Below, one piece after another: positions 7,352-13,820 of a stretch of DNA of 13,820 nucleotides (position 1 is its first letter; every line of letters begins with the position of its first letter). Source of the stretch: Vitrella brassicaformis CCMP3155 (lineage: Eukaryota; Protista; Chromerida); NCBI GenBank assembly GCA_001179505.1, contig CDMY01000872.1, positions 1 through 13,820 of the forward strand, given 5' to 3'. Position numbers and translations under genes: made by a program. The notes beneath the pieces are model-generated. The model searched no databases and was not told the DNA's origin. It saw only the letters and a program-made list of their open reading frames with translations.

Positions 7352-10300
7352 TCAAAAAGCCCAAACGACAATGGGCACACCCACACAGCAAGTCAGGACT
7401 GCAAATGAGAAAATGGAAATGGACAAATGAGAAAGGAAAGCCTTCTTCCAAAGTATGGATTTAGAAAGTGCTCTTACCGATGTAGGATCCCAAAAGAATG
7501 AAATAGTGCTCTTTGAAAAAAGACCACGACAGTAGGGTATCGGCTGAGACAGCCATGGGCACACACGCTTCTTCCTTTGCGTCGGACACCAGCTTTGCAC
7601 AACAATACCTTCTGATGATTGAGCCGCAGCTGTGTTTATGTTTTTGTCGCTCGCAAGAAGGTTTTCGCACGAGAAGCCCTGCCCCAAGGCACCCCCAACC
7701 ACCACCATTGTGATTGGAGGTGAAGCATCCAGACCCTACAGCATGCTACGCCAAATTGAGACGTCTAGAGGTGTGCTTTCCGTCATCTCGTTACCAAATG
7801 TGTTGCTATGGTAAAGGCAAACTCGCTGAGCGCTAAATTGCTGGTCAGAACGCTGCCAGTGCTCAGCCCTGTGAGAAGGCCACAGCAGAACAGCAGCCAC
7901 CCCACTAGCAATTCTCGCAGGGCAATCCCTTCTAGTCGCCGCGCAATTGCAATAGCGATGATCTCCGCAGGGCTGGAGGCTTCCCAGCAAGATGAGTTGA
8001 AGAGTTGTGCGAAAACCACGGAAAACACCACGGCAGCTGCAGGACCTTGAAGCATTCGATACAAATCCTTCAGGGGAACCATGGGGGATGTCCTAATGTT
8101 AGGAACGTTCGCACCACAGAATACACAGAAGACGACGGCCAGCCGTGAATGTACGCACTACCTTGTGATAACGAGAATGGCGACAGCGAGAAGAGTGAAA
8201 GGAAAGATGAATGGGAGCGAGAGAGTGGGAAAATCCCACCGCGCCTCCGATACTCCAAAGATGTCATCAACCTTGATAGCGAGTGATTCGGATAAGGAGA
8301 GCTTGCCAAAGCTACCCAACGACACCTGTCAAAAAAGGAGAATGAAACTTCCCATCTTCAGCGCGCCTTGGTCGCCCTACCTCCAACAGCATCGCCTCGC
8401 TCTCAGGAGCTGGGAGAAGGTGGGGCGTCACACCGAAGACGCATAAAGCAGCTGCTAGTGCTCCAACGCACAGCTGCATGCGGTTCCGTTGGAGCTTGTG
8501 CGTCTGCTTGAAGGATCTCTGAAAACACCGGACAGATAGATATAGATAGACGTATACGGACCTGCTCGCAACTACTGCAAATCTTGTCTTTACTTGATCG
8601 ACGCCTAAGAGTTCTGCTGTGCCAAGCGCTCTTTCGGCTTCCTCGTCAGAGAGTATAATAGGCATGCGGCTGCCGTATGCCTGACGCATTGCGTCCTTGC
8701 GATGCCATTCCCGTAGCCTCTTCTCCAGACTCCCCTGCTCCTCGTCGGGGAATACAGGGGTTTGCAGCCTGACGTTCCTAGTGTCCCTCCTCAATCCCGC
8801 ACCCTGCTTCATGCCATCGGCAGCAACTGTCGACTGCCATATCGAGGGGCCAGGGTACGTCATCGACGTAGGCCGGGCGAGGGAAAGCGGGGCGACACAA
8901 CGACTTTCACCAGAGTCAGCGGCCACTTTGACTTCAAACAGCGAAGCCACTGAGATGGCGCTCTCGGAAGAGGCTACATGCACGCAGACACTCATTGGAC
9001 ACATAATCGCTCCTTGTGTCTTCTAGTGTCCTACCTCTGCTCCGCGACGCCTGGGTGTTGGCGCAAGACTTGCTGTGATGACAATTGGATTGATCACATG
9101 CGACACATCCTCTCAGCACCCATAGGGCACGCTGGACTGGCAAACACTCATTGGGAGCGAAGGAGCCAATATAGTCACTCCCCAAGGGCGTTTCGTCGGT
9201 CGAGGGACTGCTCATTGCCAGTGCAAACGGCCATTGTGCCGTCAGCTGCTCTGTGTCCAGTTCAGGGAAATTTGGCGTTGGTAGGCTGTCCTCCAGCTGA
9301 TGGTTGTAGCCTGCCACAATGCATGAGGGGTGCGAGACAAAGTGTCATCGCCTTGGCTGCCTTCTTGTTTGTTCACTCCTCCTTACCTAAGCCCAATGGC
9401 AAGTCAACCCGGGGGCAATCTTGGGTTTTCGGTGCGTTCTCTTCCTCCCGGAAATCGCCGTCGCTCCCTTCTGCTATGCGCTGATCTATCGTACATGCAC
9501 CTGGGGATCTGTCGTTTTTGCACCTGGGATGTACAATCGGAATACGAGTGATCGGTCGCTCGGACCCACTCTGTATCGTCATGGATGTCGCAGTCCGCGT
9601 AGAAGGCGTGTCTCTGTTCGGAAAATGTGTCATTCCGCCAGCCATGTCCATCGGATACCGACCTCCCTCAGATAATGAGTCCGAGTGAATGGAGCCATCG
9701 TCTGATCCCTCATCGTTGTTGAACGGGCCCTCACTGGAACTCGGGGGATCCTCACTCAGACGAAGAAGGAAGCGGGTGGCTATGAGTGCGGCAAAAGTGC
9801 CTATGATACCTCCACCAATGAGGCTGAGCTTGACGTCAACCAATGAGAGCAAGGCTGCTGGCAGGGTGGTACCAAGGGACGAGAAGAGCAACACGGGGAT
9901 AACCATGCTCTGACAGAATGCAGCGGATGATGCATCAACACAATGGCGAAGAACGACGATGGGAGACACCTGTGGAAAGGAGACAGGGTCAAACATGAGC
10001 CCATCTCCGTTCAAACCTCATACCAGCGACAATAAGGCCATTAGGGCCATCGTCTTTATCGCAATTGGGGTGTTCGCGTCCAGCTGAAGTCCAAACCACA
10101 TGGGCATGCCACTCGTACCTCCCGCTGCAGAGAGGGTGGCAAGAGAACCTCCCGCCATAAGGGCAGACCGACGCGGCCAACCGAGAGAGTGCAAGGTCAC
10201 GGCGGCGAATGCTGCCCCACTCCCAAACCTGAACACGTGGAACCAGCGGCTCGGAGTTCCAAGCGATGTCCAATATGAGTTACCCGACAACGCCCTCTAC

Positions 10301-10653
10301 CACGGCTGCGAGGCTTACAGCAAATATAGCCAGCTCTGCTGCAGGAGCGTATCTGCATTCCTCTCTTGTCACACGGCAGACGCCCTCCCTGAACGAACAA
10401 ACATTGGCATATTACGCAGTCCAACACCTCTTTTCGCTTACCAGAGGCCTGTTGAAACAAGTGTTCGGAGAAAGAATGTGCTGGCAGCGAGAGACGCCAG
10501 AGGGATAAGCGAATTCAGCAGGCCCAAAGCTAAGGCGGCGTGCACCTCGGCGCTCTTCGCGCTCCCCAACATCAGCGCGACGTAAAGAAACGCGGTAGAC
10601 AAACCGAGGGTCCGGCGCACTCCAGGGAGAAGAGCGGAGGAAAGAAGAAACAT
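7352..10653 (-). CDS. lctP: L-lactate permease (LctP/LldP/GlcA family) homolog, 12 exons, 866 aa, multi-pass membrane protein
   Basis: Hand-spliced exons (+ coordinates, read on minus strand): 10653-10442, 10388-10284, 10228-10024, 9969-9387, 9310-9035, 8973-8594, 8518-8381, 8325-8162, 8092-7795, 7735-7609, 7543-7478, 7398-7352. All 11 introns are GT-AG (53,55,54,76,61,75,55,69,59,65,79 bp), phases are consistent, and the total of 2601 nt ends in TGA. The protein has LctP-type signatures: 'ELAIFAVSLAAVVEGVVGFGSGAAFAAVTLHSLGW' (family EGxxGFGxPxA motif), 'GGTSGMPMWFG' (GxxGxPIWFG), 'SLIGGGIIG', 'TGSVLTSNL' (SGSxxxSN) and 'HLGLD...VGGALGQG' in the expected order. The symbol is family-level only. 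Start ATG (10653) and the intron-6 donor are the least certain parts. Confidence 0.88.
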
Positions 10654-11712
10654 GAGCGGCACAGCGAAAACGAGATTTAGGTGTTCGAAAACGAAACGGC
10701 GTTCGTATTATTGGCGGCTCTGAGGTTTCCCTTGATGCCTCTGGGTTTCGGAAAAATGCCTGGTTCTGCCTGCTGGTCAGTATGTTGTGTCGTGCCACTC
10801 CGCAGGCTCGGGGCCCTCCCGGAGGATGAACGTGTCGCCTCCCGGCCCGATGTGTGTTATGGGGTTGCGTGGACGTGTCTGTTTTGCATGGTCAGTGTCC
10901 GTGTTGTGTGTGCGCAGGTAAGACACACAGCATCCGCCGATCGAGGAGAAACTCATGGGGTTTCTCATCCTTTTGAGGGTTCTTTCATGCGGGTAGCTTC
11001 TGTTTGTGTCAATCTTCCCCCTCCCCCCCATCATTTCTCGAAAGGTGAGAGGTCTGCAAAAAAGACTGCCACTTGGGACGTGCGCGATACCAAATTAAGC
11101 AAAAGCAGGCACACTGGAAAAGGCGATTGGAAGGGATATTCATGTCGTATGGTGCGCATGTGTTTCTGCGAGTGCCTGTGTCTTTGCGTGTGTGTGTGCA
11201 AATCCATACAGACTCTAGATCAGACGTACTGGTCCCCGATGCTTCCGTGTAAAAAAAATGAAAAATTGGAAGGGAGGCGTGAAGTAGTGTGAAGAGAAGC
11301 ATGAAGGGAGACAGACTGAGATAGACGGACGGACGGCCAGGAAGCAATATGAATGCTACACCATCGGTATCCCACCGCTACTGGTGCGACACAAGCAAGG
11401 GCGAGGAGCGGCGGACCGGCTCCAAGAGACCTTTAGCAGTAGTCAGACATCTCTCGCACTTCTATCCTTCTGACCCATATTTAGCTGACCCGCTCAATAT
11501 GCTCTGTACGCTGTATAGACACTCACTGAATTGCCATCCGTCGGCGTATCAACTAACAATGAAACACGCAAGGACGCACACATGCATGGGCACGACAAAA
11601 GCTTTGTGCTCAGATGCTATGGATGTACGGATCAATGGCGCATGGCGCATACACATATGAATGCGGGAAGGCCCGCATACTGGAGCACACATGTGGGAGC
11701 ATATGTGTATAA

Positions 11713-12102
11713 GCACAGTGAGAGGTAATGCGGCTCAACGGCACAGTGAGAGGTAATGCGGCTCAACGAAACATCAACAAGCCAGCCAGGCAAACACAGG
11801 AGCGCCCAGACGAGTACATTGGTGTGCCAGAATCCTGCGTGACGGCCATCAGCTCACCGTGCAGTAGAGAAGGCGGCAATGCGGCCAAACGAAACATCAA
11901 CACACCTGCCAGGCAAACACAGGAGCGCCCAGACGAGTACATTGGTGTGCCAGAATCCTGCGTGACGGCCATCAGCTCACCGTGCAGTAGAGAAGGCGGC
12001 AATGCGGCCAAACGAAACATCAACGCACCTGCCAGGCAAACACAGGAGCGCCCAGACGAGTAGATCCGTGTGCCGGAATCCTACATGACAGCCATCATCA
12101 CC
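11713..12102. repeat. 28-bp duplication (11713-11768) running into a 123-bp tandem repeat (~2.8 copies, 11755-12102)
   Basis: AATGCGG recurs at 11755, 11878 and 12001. Units 1 and 2 are identical over most of their length; unit 3 diverges after about 12061. Confidence 0.96.
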
Positions 12103-12404
12103 TTCAATCACTCTGTGGTCGACCCGCTCTATTCTGCCTGTGACCACTGACTCATGGAAGTTGACCTTTTGCAGCCCCCTCCCCCATTCAAGGGGGAGGG
12201 GGCGACAAGGGGAGGGGGCGACAATGCGTCGTCCGCATCACCACCTCCCTTTGCCGTCTGCCCCCTCTCTTCAGTCACACACAAGTGGAGCCGATTTTTG
12301 GTTTCTCGGCCAGCATCGTCGATCACGAGCAAGCACCTCTTCATTCAGCTTTCCCAGATCTTCAGGAATGGCCGCCAAATCGCATCACACGATGCTGCCC
12401 ACCT

Positions 12405-12572
12405 CCTTTTGGAGCCGGGATGTGCGAGCTATGCGAGCTAATTGGATGTTAGTGTGTATATTTCGATCCGCGAAATTTTGTAAGGTGTCCCTTTCCGATC
12501 GCCTTCCGTTACGAGAGGGCCCCTACCCCCTCGTACCCGTTCGTCGACCCGCGTTCGCGGGAGTTCCATCGA
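12405..12572 (+). repeat. Interspersed structured repeat family A, copy 2
   Basis: Direct, diverged copy of 284-457. Confidence 0.92.
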
Positions 12573-12866
12573 CAGTCACGCACAATAAGAATGACCGACC
12601 CACCCACCCGCCATTTCCACCCACCCATCCACCCAGAGAGAGAATGCTGGCCACAATCAACACTGGCTGGTGAAAATGGCAAAAAGTAACAGGATGCGTT
12701 GATGTGTGCTGCCGTTGTGTCACCTCGCATTGTCCCATCTGCTTGTCCTTGTCAAGATCGTCCCGGAGAACGAACGTGTTGCCTCCCGGGCCTCCCGTCA
12801 TCACAGCATCGACGATTAAGTCGTCCTGTGGGCCGCCTCTGACAAGGTCTCACCGGACGTCGACAG

Positions 12867-12925
12867 ATTGTCATTGTCATTGTCATCCTGCACACAGGAG
12901 TGAGAAAGAGAGAGAGAGAGAGAGA
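12867..12925. repeat. Microsatellites: (ATTGTC)3 at 12867-12886 and (AG)n at 12907-12925
   Basis: Directly visible. Confidence 0.9.
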
Positions 12926-13093
12926 TGAATGGCTGGGCATCTACAGATCGTTAGTTCTGCTTCACCCGAAGGTCATCGCTGCCGGCGTGCGTCATATAAT
13001 CCTTCCCTTTGCCCAACAAGAGTGTCTCCTGTTGGAAGAGAAAAGACCGTGAGAACGTCGCTGATTTGATGACTCACCCCATGGCGTCCATAT

Positions 13094-13304
13094 TACAGTA
13101 AGTATCGCATAAAGCAATCAGTACAGGGGTGATTGCTTTATGGATTTGATGGGTTTATGCGAACAAGGCAATGATTGCTTTATCTGCTGCTTGTTTTCTG
13201 CGGGGTTTCTCGCCATGAATGACTCACCAGAGCCACCCTCCATCGCATTGACTCTTTTTTCCCCGCTCAAACGACTCTGAAACGACGAAAAAGGATGGAT
13301 GATA
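13094..13304 (+). mobile_element. Putative pogo/Tigger-like (Tc1/mariner superfamily) transposon end, block 1
   Basis: TA followed by CAGTAAGTATCGCATAAAGCAATCAG (13096-13121). A perfect 13-bp inverted repeat spans 13108-13120/13130-13142, with further motif copies at 13147 and 13172. No partner TIR or transposase is in the window. Confidence 0.5.
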
Positions 13305-13495
13305 CAGTCCGGACCGCGTAAGTGGGTCAGTACAGGGCTGACCCACTTACGCGTTTGACCCGCTTATACGTACTACAGAGCTGACCCACTTGTTTTCCAG
13401 CGACTTTGGGAGTGATATCTTGCGGTGAATGAATCACAGGAGCCTCTCAGAAGCCCATTGACTCTTTTTTTCTCGCTCGAAGTCACTCAAATTTA
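13303..13495 (+). mobile_element. Putative pogo/Tigger-like transposon end, block 2 (collinear diverged homolog of block 1)
   Basis: TA followed by CAGTCCGGACCGCGTAAGTGGGTCAG (13305-13330). A perfect 16-bp inverted repeat spans 13315-13330/13338-13353, with further motif copies at 13356 and 13382. Downstream TGAATGA and CATTGACTCTTTTTT lie 210 bp from their block-1 counterparts. Confidence 0.5.
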
Positions 13496-13820
13496 CGAAA
13501 TCCGTCGATCATCTCAGAAGATAGACAATCAAAATTGTTGTGAAACCAATCAGGCTATAGCCGAGGTTATCCATCTGCGGGCCGACACATCATTTCCTCA
13601 ACAAAAATGTCTGTATTTCTCGATGGGATCACACTTTCATCGGTCCGCTCTTTCACAGAGAGGTTCTTCATCGTCTTGCGGTCATTTTGAGCCATGAATG
13701 GTCGGTTTGGAGTAGTACATACATCTTACCCCCCATGATTGAGTTGGTGATTTCTCGGCTGTTTCTCCTCCTTTTCGGATGAGCGAGCGTGTATCGGACT
13801 ACACCCAACCCCCTCCACCT

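Noticed and set aside
7808-10585. Plus-strand ORFs 7808-8050, 8081-8446, 8697-9026, 8978-9484, 10100-10585 and similar
   Set aside because: They are antisense shadows of the permease exons, with no independent motifs.
10681-11292. 203-aa plus-strand ORF divergent from the permease, with a CAG|GTAAG site near 10917
   Set aside because: Its composition is driven by GT-rich simple sequence, it starts at GTG, and it has no recognisable domain.
13425-13697. ORF downstream of the putative transposon ends as a transposase start
   Set aside because: No HTH/CENP-B or DDE motif is visible, and it overlaps the non-coding conserved tail of block 2.

Overview
Eukaryotic (protist-like) genomic window, not prokaryotic. 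It holds one well-supported gene: a minus-strand, 12-exon L-lactate permease (LctP/LldP/GlcA family) homolog at 7352-10653. I reconstructed it by hand with 11 GT-AG introns of 53-79 bp, giving 866 aa with a ~355-aa hydrophilic central insertion. The gene sits among transposon debris: a frameshifted, internally deleted Pif1-family helicase relic of Helitron type (3621-4343); the 3' end of a CRE-clade non-LTR retrotransposon (2255-2547) bracketed by two mutually inverted ACTAGT-rich repeat arrays; two families of short structured interspersed repeats, each present twice; and recent 144-bp and 123-bp tandem duplications. At the right end are two collinear ~209-bp blocks that look like pogo/Tigger-type transposon ends. 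Each block has a perfect hairpin and four copies of a block-specific motif that changed in concert. Most ORFs in the supplied track are antisense shadows, single exons or low-complexity artefacts. All family assignments rest on motifs I recognised by eye; no database search was run. Intron size, composition and gene content would fit a chromerid-like alveolate, but that is a weak inference.
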